From a virus, in the IMG/VR virus record IMGVR_UViG_3300037313_000674, positions 1 through 47,780 of that record: 47,780 bases of DNA, one strand, 5' to 3'. Made by a program: the position numbers and the translations under genes. Under the pieces are notes generated by a model. That model was not told the origin of the DNA and did not search any database. It was given only the letters and a program-made list of their open reading frames with translations. Positions 1 through 7,044 of this stretch are shown one piece after another. Position 1 is the first letter of the stretch, and each line of letters opens with the position of its first letter.

Positions 1-127
1 TGGGGCCGACCTGCGCGGGGCCAACCTGTACGGGGCCAACCTGCGCGGGGCCAACCTGCGCGGGGCCGACCTGCGCGGGGCCAACCTGTACGGGGCCAAC
101 CTGTACGGGGCCGACCTGTACGGGGCC
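1..127. repeat. Terminal direct repeat: 1-127 is identical to 47654-47780, implying a circular contig of about 47,653 bp
   Basis: I compared the two window ends base by base. Both read t + 8 units of the 15-bp array + ggggcc. A 127-bp overlap is typical of a k-mer assembly overlap. Confidence 0.93.
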
Positions 128-301
128 AACCTGCGCGGGGCCAACCTGCGCGGGGCCAACCTGTACGGGGCCAACCTGCGCGGGGCCAACCTGCGCGGGG
201 CCAACCTGTACGGGGCCGACCTGCGCGGGGCCAACCTGCGCGGGGCCGACCTGCGCGGGGCCAACCTGTACGGGGCCGACCTGTACGGGGCCGACCTCAA
301 A
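2..301 (+). repeat. 15-bp tandem array, ggggcc(a/g)acctg(cgc/tac), 19 near-identical units plus 1 degenerate unit
   Basis: Twelve of the 15 positions are invariant across 19 units. The only variation is A/G (Asn/Asp) and CG/TA (Arg/Tyr). The array is in frame with the pentapeptide CDS. Confidence 0.95.
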
Positions 302-676
302 GACGCAAAAAACGCCGATTTCATAATCGCGCAAACCCGCATTCTTTCCGAAGGCGACTTGATCGGCTGGAAAAAGTGCGCTTGCGGCGTCCTCGTAAAG
401 CTGAAGATCCCCGCCGATGCGAAGCGCTCACACGCCTTCGGACGCAAGTGCCGCGCTGAATTTGTCGATGTTCTGGAAATCCTCTCGCCTTCAATCGATG
501 CAGAGGGCGTCAAAACCTGGCAAGCCGCCGACGTGGCTATCAGCTCCCGCGACAACAAAACCGAATACCGCGTCGGGCAGCGGGTAACCCCAGATCGTTT
601 CGATGAAAACTGGCAGGAGGAATGCGCATCCGGAATCCATTTCTTCATCACCCGTATCGAAGCGGAAAATTACTGA
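2..676 (+). CDS. Pentapeptide-repeat protein, 3' part (continues from 47529-47780 across the circular junction; 266 aa in total)
   Basis: Frame 2 is open from the window start to TGA at 674-676. It encodes 19 G-A-[D/N]-L-[R/Y] units followed by a globular C-terminal domain (...[21 protein letters not shown]...[18 protein letters not shown]). That domain resembles one often fused to pentapeptide repeats in phage proteins (DUF5758-like, recalled from memory). Confidence 0.85.
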   Translation, partial: GADLRGANLYGANLRGANLRGADLRGANLYGANLYGADLYGANLRGANLRGANLYGANLRGANLRGANLYGADLRGANLRGADLRGANLYGADLYGADLKDAKNADFIIAQTRILSEGDLIGWKKCACGVLVKLKIPADAKRSHAFGRKCRAEFVDVLEILSPSIDAEGVKTWQAADVAISSRDNKTEYRVGQRVTPDRFDENWQEECASGIHFFITRIEAENY

Positions 677-807
677 TGCTTTCGCTGATCTCGCTCTTAG
701 GCCGATGGCTATCTATCCTACTCGCCATCGGCCTACTTCTCACCGCATCCACGCAACCCGGCCGGCATAGCATGTTGCCGAGCTTTCTACAGACAGAAGG
801 GAGGTAA
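676..807 (+). CDS. Small hydrophobic protein (43 aa), possibly translationally coupled
   Basis: ATG at 676 overlaps the TGA of the upstream gene (ATGA). The product is [22 protein letters not shown]..., with one predicted TM helix. The ORF-track start at 622 lies inside the upstream gene. Confidence 0.3.
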   Translation: MLSLISLLGRWLSILLAIGLLLTASTQPGRHSMLPSFLQTEGR

Positions 808-880
808 CACGCCGAAAAGCTCTAGCCTATTTTTCATGACCTAAGCCGCGTTTCACACAGCCCTTTTCATCCCCCAAGCA

Positions 881-920
881 AAGCCCTTCGAAGTCCCGCC
901 AGCTTCGAGGGGCTTTTCTA
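881..920. terminator. Bidirectional rho-independent terminator between convergent units
   Basis: A 13-bp stem pairs aagcccttcgaag with cttcgaggggctt (one G-U pair). It is followed by TTTTCTATT on the plus strand and by CTTTGCTT on the minus strand. Confidence 0.6.
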
Positions 921-1073
921 TTGCCTGAACCATCCTGCAACCTCGCCCCACGTCAATTGCGCAAGCTCGGCCTTGAACGCTTCGCTGCGCTTCTGATCCG
1001 CCGAGACGTACAACAGCCCCACGGCTATCGCCACGCCCACCCATCCGATTGCAAACCTGAATATCGCCGGCAT
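918..1073 (-). CDS. Small membrane protein (51 aa)
   Basis: The ATG is preceded by GGAGGG at 8 nt. The product is MPAIFRFAIGWVGVAIAVGLLYVSADQKR..., with one TM helix. It is too short to appear in the ORF track. Confidence 0.45.
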   Translation of the reverse strand: MPAIFRFAIGWVGVAIAVGLLYVSADQKRSEAFKAELAQLTWGEVAGWFRQ

Positions 1074-1128
1074 TTACGCTGCCCTCCACCGGGAGGATAA
1101 TCGCGCAAAAACAGCGATCACACAAGGT

Positions 1129-1159
1129 TGTAGAAACTAACGAATGCAATCGTTCAACA
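1129..1159 (-). promoter_or_regulatory. TGTTGAA-N17-TTCAACA element copy (13/14 match)
   Basis: The minus strand reads TGTTGAA-cgattgcattcgttagt-TTCTACA. It lies in the intergenic gap upstream of the 918-1073 ORF. Confidence 0.5.
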
Positions 1160-1191
1160 AAAACCGCCAAATTTGGCCGCTGACGCGCAAA

Positions 1192-1764
1192 CTACCCCTC
1201 CGGATATACCGACGTAGCCGCCGCCTCCTTCAAGCGCGCCCTAGCCCTGAATTCTGGCTGTTTTGCCCCTATCCGATACACATACCTCGATTGACTTGCC
1301 GCTTGACCGCGATCAGCATGCTTTTCGTCAAACAGCCATGGCCGGTCAGGATCCTCGATCAAAGCGCGCCGTTCGAGCATGCCGAGATCACGGGCCTTCT
1401 GGTAAACCGTGAACTTCAATCCGGCCTTGCCGGTCTCGGGCAGGAGCTTCTGGAGTTGCGCAAACGAATACCATTTGTCCGGATCGGTTCGCGCTACCAG
1501 GCGTTCGAACAAACTATACCCGCCGGCCGCCGGTATCTTCTTCCGCTTCATCGCCTTCCGCTTTTTGGCCAGTTCCAAAAAGTCGAAGCCTCTCCGGTCC
1601 TTTTTCGTCCGCTTGGCTTTCCGGGCCGTGATCTCCGCTCTGAGCTTCGCCACCGCGGGGCGCTTCTTCGTCTTTCGGGCCAACGCCTTTGCTTTCGCCG
1701 CCTCGGTCTGCTTCACCGCCAACAAGGCGTCAGCCCGTCGGCGCATTTCCTCTTCATCGGCCAT
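1192..1764 (-). CDS. Basic protein (190 aa) with a K/R-rich N-terminus and a winged-helix-like C-terminus; candidate iteron-binding initiator
   Basis: ATG at 1764 has GGAGAAAAATAGAA upstream. The longer ORF-track start at 1953 would read through the iteron repeats. The initiator role is inferred only from its position next to the iterons. Confidence 0.7.
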   Translation of the reverse strand: MADEEEMRRRADALLAVKQTEAAKAKALARKTKKRPAVAKLRAEITARKAKRTKKDRRGFDFLELAKKRKAMKRKKIPAAGGYSLFERLVARTDPDKWYSFAQLQKLLPETGKAGLKFTVYQKARDLGMLERRALIEDPDRPWLFDEKHADRGQAASQSRYVYRIGAKQPEFRARARLKEAAATSVYPEG

Positions 1765-1852
1765 TTCTATTTTTCTCCAGTTCCAAAAAGTTCGGTTCAA
1801 CCGCTGCAAACCACGGGGGGGGTACGTAGTACCCACCCCCGGTGGGATTTGC

Positions 1853-2016
1853 GTCCAAGTGGTCCAAGTGGTCCAAGTTTCGGTCCAAGTGGTCCAAGTT
1901 TGGCCGCAAGCTGTTGATATGCATGCATTTTCCTGTAAACGACCGCGGTCCAAGTTTTTGCGGTCATTTTCCCAACTTGGACCACTTGGACCGCCTGCTT
2001 TTCGCTAGGTCCAAGT
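1853..2016. repeat. Iteron array: 9 copies of GTCCAAGT (7 direct, 2 inverted) flanking an AT-rich stretch; putative replication origin
   Basis: Direct copies are at 1853, 1862, 1871, 1883, 1892, 1948 and 2009. Inverted copies are at 1975 and 1984. The AT-rich, palindromic ctgttgatatgcatgcattttcctgtaaac lies at 1911-1940. Confidence 0.65.
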
Positions 2017-4011
2017 TGGGCTGTAAGTCCTTCTATTTGTTGGACCTTTCTTCGAAACACGCAGGCGTTTCTCCTTGACCAGGCTGTCCAGCCATTTGTT
2101 CGCCATCCGCGCCCCAAGAGGCTGCCTCGCCCCCTCGCCGTGAACCGCCACCAGCGCCCTGTTGAACATGTTCTGCGCATCTTGCCGGGTAAAGTTTGTG
2201 CTCTTTCCTTCTGCGGAAGCGTCATCGGCCGCGTCCATGATCGCTCTTGCAAACAGATCGCGATCCGACAGCTCGCCCTCGTCTTCAGGCATGTCGTCCT
2301 CGAATTCCGAAGCCGCCGAGCCGTATTCCAGCACCGCTGTCTTCCACGGGTTGCCCTCCGCATCGGTGCCGGCCTCCGTTGGCACGAGTTCGTATTCCGC
2401 GAGCAGGTCGATCTGCTCCAGGTCGCGTTGCCATTCGGTTTTGAGCATGCCCTTGCCGCGTTCCGTCGTTTCCACCTTGATCACGGTGTCGACGCCGCCC
2501 AGGAGCTTCTGGCTGCCCATCATGCCCTTGGTCGGGTCTTTGCCCGAGTGGTGGACAACGATGGCCGCGGCGCCCGTCTCCGCCCGGATAAGATCGACGT
2601 TGGCGACGAAGGCCATCATTGGCTCGCTGCTGTTCTCGTCGCCGACGAAGGCGCGCGACAGCGTGTCGATGACGATCACCGACAGGTTGGGAATCCTCTT
2701 GGCGATCTTGACGATCTCTTTGGCGTCCTCGTGGTTGCTGACGAGATCGAGCGTGGCGGGCATGAGATAGAATGGCGTGTCTTCCGGAACGCCGTACTTG
2801 GCGAACGCGGCCTCACGGCGAGCATGGATGCCGAGCCCGCCTTCACCTGCCACATAGAGCACTGCGCCTTTCGTCGTTTCGTATTTGCCGGCCCACGGGA
2901 TGCCGGCGGCGATGCATGTGCACATATCGACGATATTGAACGTCTTGGCCGTCTTGGGGGCGCCGTACGCCACGGCAAAGCCGTTCTGGTTGATCACCCC
3001 CTTGACCAGCGGCCGGATGACCGTGCTGCGCAAAAGCTCGCGCGAGGCCGTCGGGCCGATGACCTTGAACTTCGCGCGGCGGCCTTTGTCGTCTGCCGCC
3101 TTCTTCACCTCCGCCGGCACCGCCCCCACGCGAGCGATCTCTTCGGCCGTCGGCGCTTCCTGAGAGTTATCCCCGATATCCACAGGCTCGAAATCCGCGT
3201 GCGGTGTCTTTCCGCCCCATGTCCCGCTCGCATACGCGAACGCATTGGCGACCTTTATGGCCAGGTCTTCGGCCGGCCATGGCGGCTCGCACATGTCGGC
3301 CCATGGCCCGAGCACTTCGAGCGCCATGCCCTCGCTCAGCCCGAAGTCGCGCATCCGTGCGGCTGTCTTGTAGGTGAGTTCGTCGCCGCCTTCGCCTTCG
3401 ATGGCGACCGGCGCCATGTTCAGCCACCGGATTGCCTTCTCGATATTGGCCGGCAGGTCAAGCTCGATCACAGGCGCGTCGGTCTTGGCCTGATGCCGTG
3501 GCCGCTTTCCAAGGATCTCCAAAAACTCGGACGGCATCTCGGCGATGCCGCCGTTCGCAAGAACGGAATATTCTCCGTTCGGAAGCACGCTGCCGGCGCC
3601 GAGCACATACCCGTTCTCGCCCCTGATATCGATGCCGGGGAAGCCGTCGATGCTGTTGGCGCGGTTGGCGATCTCCCGATCGGTCCTGAGCAGAAGATGC
3701 CTGCCGCCTGACGGCGTGGCCGTGAGGAAGGAATCGGGCAGCACGTCGAGCATCAGGTCGGCCAGGCTGTCGAGACCTGGTTTCCCGTCCTTCACGTCCG
3801 CGTCGACCGCAACTATGCCCTTGCCGGTGGCGATGCCGATATTGTGCGTTCCCTCTCGCCACCAGGTGCGTACCTGCTTTTCGTCCGTGGTGGCGAGGTT
3901 CGGCCAGTCGTCCACGGCCGGCTTCTTCGTCCCTTCGACCACCGGGAACACCCGGATGCCCATGCGCGCATAGTGGAGCGCGAAATCGAGTTTCGTTCTT
4001 GGTTGAGACAT
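2005..4011 (-). CDS. Bifunctional primase-polymerase (Prim-Pol) fused to a RecA-like AAA_25/RepA-type helicase domain
   Basis: The N-terminus carries GIRVFPV..GTKKP..VAVDADV..GGRHLLL..IDIRGENGYVL (Prim-Pol motifs). The C-terminus carries YGAPKTAKT (Walker A-like) and VIVIDTLS (Walker B). Confidence 0.88.
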   Translation of the reverse strand: MSQPRTKLDFALHYARMGIRVFPVVEGTKKPAVDDWPNLATTDEKQVRTWWREGTHNIGIATGKGIVAVDADVKDGKPGLDSLADLMLDVLPDSFLTATPSGGRHLLLRTDREIANRANSIDGFPGIDIRGENGYVLGAGSVLPNGEYSVLANGGIAEMPSEFLEILGKRPRHQAKTDAPVIELDLPANIEKAIRWLNMAPVAIEGEGGDELTYKTAARMRDFGLSEGMALEVLGPWADMCEPPWPAEDLAIKVANAFAYASGTWGGKTPHADFEPVDIGDNSQEAPTAEEIARVGAVPAEVKKAADDKGRRAKFKVIGPTASRELLRSTVIRPLVKGVINQNGFAVAYGAPKTAKTFNIVDMCTCIAAGIPWAGKYETTKGAVLYVAGEGGLGIHARREAAFAKYGVPEDTPFYLMPATLDLVSNHEDAKEIVKIAKRIPNLSVIVIDTLSRAFVGDENSSEPMMAFVANVDLIRAETGAAAIVVHHSGKDPTKGMMGSQKLLGGVDTVIKVETTERGKGMLKTEWQRDLEQIDLLAEYELVPTEAGTDAEGNPWKTAVLEYGSAASEFEDDMPEDEGELSDRDLFARAIMDAADDASAEGKSTNFTRQDAQNMFNRALVAVHGEGARQPLGARMANKWLDSLVKEKRLRVSKKGPTNRRTYSPTWT

Positions 4012-4038
4012 CCGCCATGCCTTCTTGCTTGCTGAATT

Positions 4039-4077
4039 TGTCGAAAGAAAAAGCCCGCAAAATTCAACATTGCGGGC
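4039..4077 (-). promoter_or_regulatory. Element copy (13/14) overlapping a terminator hairpin, upstream of the primase gene
   Basis: The minus strand reads GCCCGCAA-TGTTGAATT-TTGCGGGC-TTTTTCTT-TCGACA. The TGTTGAA half-site sits in the hairpin loop and the partner TTCGACA follows 17 nt after it. The 16-mer AATGTTGAATTTTGCG is identical to the one in the copy at 35135-35165. Confidence 0.55.
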
Positions 4078-4090
4078 AAATAAAAAGCGG

Positions 4091-4555
4091 TCACGCGAAA
4101 TAGGCTACCCTTTGCGCGTTCTTCGGCAGGTAGAGCGGGTGGCCGGGCGAGCCATCCGAAAGGATCTTTAGCGCTGCTAAATTGCAGAGATCGAGCATCG
4201 ACGCCACAGCTTTGCCTCGTTTTCGAAACGCGCCGTGTTTGCCCCACGCACAGATTACAGTTTCGCATTCCCAAGCGATGCGCAGCAGGTGCCCATCGTT
4301 GTCGGGGCCGACAGGGTCCGCCGCAGCGTAAAGAGCCTGCGGGTCGGTTGAGCGCAAGGCAAACAGATTGCCGACGATCAAGCCGCCGTAGCCCCAATCT
4401 TTCGCAAAGCCGATACATCGGCGAATTGTTGGGTCATCCGCAGTCTCGTCAGCCGTGGACGGATTGAGCATCAGGAAGCCAACGCGATTGCCGGGCGCCC
4501 AACTACGCTCAAGGCGGTAACGGTATTTGCGGCAAGGAGACAGCACCGCGGTCAT
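4091..4555 (-). CDS. DUF1643 family protein (154 aa)
   Basis: The sequence CRKYRYRLERSW...FLMLNPSTADETADDPTIRRCIGFAKDWGYGGLIVGNLFALRSTDP matches the DUF1643 signature as I recall it. The start is taken at the internal ATG that overlaps the upstream micro-ORF stop. Confidence 0.75.
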   Translation of the reverse strand: MTAVLSPCRKYRYRLERSWAPGNRVGFLMLNPSTADETADDPTIRRCIGFAKDWGYGGLIVGNLFALRSTDPQALYAAADPVGPDNDGHLLRIAWECETVICAWGKHGAFRKRGKAVASMLDLCNLAALKILSDGSPGHPLYLPKNAQRVAYFA

Positions 4556-4659
4556 CTGTCCCACCCCATCAAATGCGCCACGGCAGCCGCGACCAGCGCG
4601 GCTGGCGCGACGATCACGCAGATTTTCAGGATCAGTTCGGCTTGTCGGTGCGGGTTCAT
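4552..4659 (-). CDS. Micro-ORF (35 aa) encoding a single hydrophobic helix
   Basis: GGAGG lies upstream of the ATG. The product is MNPHRQAELILKICVIVAPAALVAAAVAHLMGWDR. There is an ATGA overlap with the DUF1643 start. Confidence 0.35.
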   Translation of the reverse strand: MNPHRQAELILKICVIVAPAALVAAAVAHLMGWDR

Positions 4660-4747
4660 GATGGCCTCCAGGTTTCACTAAACCTGCCGAGCACTTCGCC
4701 GCGGACCCCTGAGAACATCAAAAACTTAGGAATTTCAAGGGTTTGGA

Positions 4748-4792
4748 TGGTGGGCGTGACAGGGATCGAACCTGTGACCCCTTCGGTGTGAA
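4748..4792 (-). other. attP core candidate: the 3' half of a tRNA gene (anticodon loop to CCA) with no 5' half
   Basis: The minus strand reads TTCACAC-CGAAG-GGGTC-ACAGG-TTCGATC-CCTGT-CACGCCC-A-CCA. This gives a T-arm, acceptor 3' strand, discriminator and CCA. The loop TTCACAC would give anticodon CAC (Val, tentative). No D-arm or complementary GGGCGTG is found upstream. Confidence 0.7.
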
Positions 4793-4918
4793 GGAACTGG
4801 TTTGTCGGGCGCGCGGTGCGCTGCTCGACGGAAAGCACTTTTTCCAATGGGTTACAGTGTGGGTGTTCGGCGCGCTTATGCATGTTTCCCGCTTTCTCCA
4901 GGTTCAGCGAACTTATGA

Positions 4919-5356
4919 TCACTTCGTATTTTGCTCCACCCAAGACACGACGGCGCCTTCAAATCTGAACCATTCGAGGGCATGACGATACTCGGCGAAA
5001 CGTTGGTGCAATTCGCGTTCAAGCACATGCCCGTCGCCCTCGGTCAGCACCGTCAATAGCTCTAGCGGGTACGGATTCGCGGCTCTAAGCGAGTTTAAAC
5101 GCTTTTGAACATCGCCGGCCTTGCCAATTTTCACATAGTCGCCGCAACGGATTACATACACGTCGCATGGCTCGCGGCCAGGGGTATCGAAGTTTTCCTC
5201 AAACGCATTCGCATCTTCGGGACGGACGCGGACCATGGTCTTACCGATTGTGATTGCCGGCAATTCGCCGGTGCGGATCAAGGTCAGCACCATAGTCGCC
5301 GAACAATTCCACCTATCCGCCAACTGCGCCGGCGACAGTAAAGACGCCATTTTCAA
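4919..5356 (-). CDS. Excisionase-like HTH (HTH_17/MerR-type) fused to a T5orf172/MUG113 (GIY-YIG superfamily) domain
   Basis: The N-terminus reads LSPAQLADRWNCSATMVLTLIRTGELPAITIGKTMVRVR. The C-terminus reads VYVIRCGDYVKIGKAGDVQKRLNSLRAANPYPLELL...ERELHQRFAEYRHALEWFRF. There is an ATGA overlap with the int stop. Confidence 0.8.
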   Translation of the reverse strand: MKMASLLSPAQLADRWNCSATMVLTLIRTGELPAITIGKTMVRVRPEDANAFEENFDTPGREPCDVYVIRCGDYVKIGKAGDVQKRLNSLRAANPYPLELLTVLTEGDGHVLERELHQRFAEYRHALEWFRFEGAVVSWVEQNTK

Positions 5357-6363
5357 ATCTCCAAACTATCCGCCAAGTCCCGCAAATGGCCGGGGCTGTA
5401 GCGGGCGTAAACTTTCTCTGTGATTCTGCTGTCGGAATGCCCCAGGAACTGCGCGATCCTGGTCATCGTGTGGCCGTCTTCGGCCATCCACACCGCCGCG
5501 CTGTGGCGTAGCACGTGCGGTGTCACGCCTTCGAGCTTCGCCGACTTCGCCGCCGCCCGGATGCCCGTCTTGATCGATGCCACCTGCGCGCCGGCCCATT
5601 CGATCACATAGGGCGACAGCGCGGCCTGCTTGGCGAGTAGCAGCGCATCGCGCAGGCTGTTGTTCATCGGGACTGTCGCGCGGCGCTTGCGCTGCGTGAT
5701 GTCCTCCACATTGGTCAGCGAGATCGTGTTGCGGTCGAAGTCGACGCGCAGCCACGTCAGCTCGAGCGCGGCCGAGACACGGGCGCCGGTTCCGATCATC
5801 AGCCGGATCGCCAGCGCGATATGCGGCACCTTGGCGTGCTCTATCAGCTTGCGCACTTCGTCGCGCGTCAGGTAGCGGTCCTTCGGCGCCGGCTTCGATG
5901 GCCGCTCGATCTTCGGCGCATCGGTGATCAGCTTCGCGTCGCGTGCCCATACCAATATCGATCGGAGATGGCCGAGTTCGGTATGCACGGTTCCGACGCT
6001 CTTGCCGGTGCCGTACCGCTCGACGGCGTAGAGCCGGCAAAGGTCGGTCGTGATCTGGCCGGGATCGAGCTTGCCGAACGTTGGCGCGAGTGCCTTCCAT
6101 GTGTGGGCCATGGTTTGGAGTACGACCTTGCCGGCCTTGTCCTTCTGGTAGCCAGCCCACAGGTCTGCGACAGTCCGGCCTACCGGCCGCGTGAGTTCCG
6201 CGTATCGAGCCGCGGCAAGCGCTTTCGCTTCTCGGGCGTCGGAAGTTCCAAGACGGTAGCGCCGCCGTGTAGATCGTCCGTCGGGCTGCTCTTCGTCCCA
6301 GGCAACGCAGAATTCTCCGTTGAGCCTTGTGAGCCGCCATTCGAGTTCGTCGGATTTTTGCAT
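5353..6363 (-). CDS. int: Tyrosine integrase (phage integrase family)
   Basis: The sequence contains TGARVSAALELTW, HVLRHSAAVWMAEDG and LGHSDSRITEKVYARY (R...HxxR...Y catalytic pattern). The N-terminus is arm-binding-like. The gene is adjacent to the tRNA-fragment attP. Confidence 0.92.
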   Translation of the reverse strand: MQKSDELEWRLTRLNGEFCVAWDEEQPDGRSTRRRYRLGTSDAREAKALAAARYAELTRPVGRTVADLWAGYQKDKAGKVVLQTMAHTWKALAPTFGKLDPGQITTDLCRLYAVERYGTGKSVGTVHTELGHLRSILVWARDAKLITDAPKIERPSKPAPKDRYLTRDEVRKLIEHAKVPHIALAIRLMIGTGARVSAALELTWLRVDFDRNTISLTNVEDITQRKRRATVPMNNSLRDALLLAKQAALSPYVIEWAGAQVASIKTGIRAAAKSAKLEGVTPHVLRHSAAVWMAEDGHTMTRIAQFLGHSDSRITEKVYARYSPGHLRDLADSLEI

Positions 6364-6512
6364 TCGAATTCCTCCACCACATCAGCGCGAACGCGCAACA
6401 TCCGACCTATGCGGAAATAATTCAAGCGGCCTTCGGCCAATAGGTCGCGGACGTGCCTGGCGGAACAGCCCCAACGCTCGGCCAGGGTTTCGGGCGAGTA
6501 GACGTGCGTCAT
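6180..6512 (-). CDS. Xis/AlpA-like HTH_17 protein (110 aa as an open frame; the recognisable domain is the first ~50 aa)
   Basis: MTHVYSPETLAERWGCSARHVRDLLAEGRLNYFRIGRMLRVRADVVEEFE is paralogous to the N-terminus of 4919-5356. There is an ATGA overlap with the upstream gene. The frame stays open for 184 nt into int. Confidence 0.65.
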   Translation of the reverse strand: MTHVYSPETLAERWGCSARHVRDLLAEGRLNYFRIGRMLRVRADVVEEFECKNPTNSNGGSQGSTENSALPGTKSSPTDDLHGGATVLELPTPEKRKRLPRLDTRNSRGR

Positions 6513-6997
6513 TTCGGATCCATCTCCAAAGCGTCGAGCAGAAGGTCGGTGACCGCGCCGCAGACTTCCGGCCCGCTCAGATTCTCCCGCCGCAATTCGT
6601 TGACCTTGTCGAGCACGTCGATCAGCAAGCCTTTCGACGCCAGCCCGACCACCAGTCCCTGCGCCGCGGCGACGCGAACGACGTTGGCGAAGCTCGGCGC
6701 GCGCTTCGAGCTTTTCCAGTTCTCGACCGTGAACCGGCCGAGTTTGGCGTCGGTGGCGCGCTCTGCTTCGGAGCAGTTTTCCATCAAGGTCTTGATGACG
6801 GGATGCATGGTCGATTTCCTTGCCGCACGGGGGCGCAGTTGCTTGGAGTATGTGTAATTGGCGAGCGTGTCGTAGTTGACGCCGGCCAGTTCCGCGACAC
6901 GGGTAAGCGGCATGTTGGCCGGGTAGCGGGCGAGCAGGTTTACATAATAGGACCGCTTGCTCGGTCTTCCACTTGGCCGTCCAGTCGGTTTTGACAT
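6509..6997 (-). CDS. Hypothetical protein (162 aa) with an N-terminal HTH-like segment; first gene of the int operon
   Basis: The sequence begins MSKPTGRPSGRP...MPLTRVAELAGVNYDTLANY. It is divergent from the small regulator at 7110. Its start codon overlaps a TGTTGAA half-site. Confidence 0.65.
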   Translation of the reverse strand: MSKPTGRPSGRPSKRSYYVNLLARYPANMPLTRVAELAGVNYDTLANYTYSKQLRPRAARKSTMHPVIKTLMENCSEAERATDAKLGRFTVENWKSSKRAPSFANVVRVAAAQGLVVGLASKGLLIDVLDKVNELRRENLSGPEVCGAVTDLLLDALEMDPK

Positions 6998-7038
6998 GTT
7001 GAATTTGACCCTCATAAAAACTTCTACATTTTTCAACA
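6997..7038 (+). promoter_or_regulatory. Divergent control region with half-sites TGTTGAA (6997), TTCTACA (7022) and TTCAACA (7032)
   Basis: TGTTGAATTT...TTCAACA occurs with a 28-nt spacer, which is 17 + 11. A TTCTACA variant follows at an 18-nt spacer. The region lies between the 6997 (minus) and 7110 (plus) gene starts. Confidence 0.5.
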
Positions 7039-7044
7039 ATTACT

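Noticed and set aside
2-301. A regular short tandem repeat at the contig ends could be mistaken for a CRISPR array.
   Set aside because: The 15-bp units are contiguous with no spacers. They are in frame and encode a perfect pentapeptide-repeat protein.
853-1170. A 105-aa minus-strand ORF from the ORF track.
   Set aside because: It spans the terminator hairpin and an intergenic element and has no RBS. A 51-aa ORF in another frame (918-1073) has a GGAGGG RBS and a clean TM helix.
2140-3711. A 523-aa ORF on the plus strand opposite the primase-helicase gene. Similar long antisense ORFs occur at 11715-13577, 25981-27834, 30433-31866, 35904-37271 and 40934-42196.
   Set aside because: These are shadow ORFs typical of GC-rich DNA. 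Their products are Arg/Ala/Gly/His-rich low-complexity sequence with no RBS and no motifs. In every case the opposite strand carries a gene with clear family motifs or operon context.
5366-6382. A 338-aa ORF lies in a second frame on the same strand as the integrase.
   Set aside because: Its product is Arg/Ala/Pro-rich with no motifs. The 5353-6363 frame carries the complete tyrosine-recombinase catalytic pattern.
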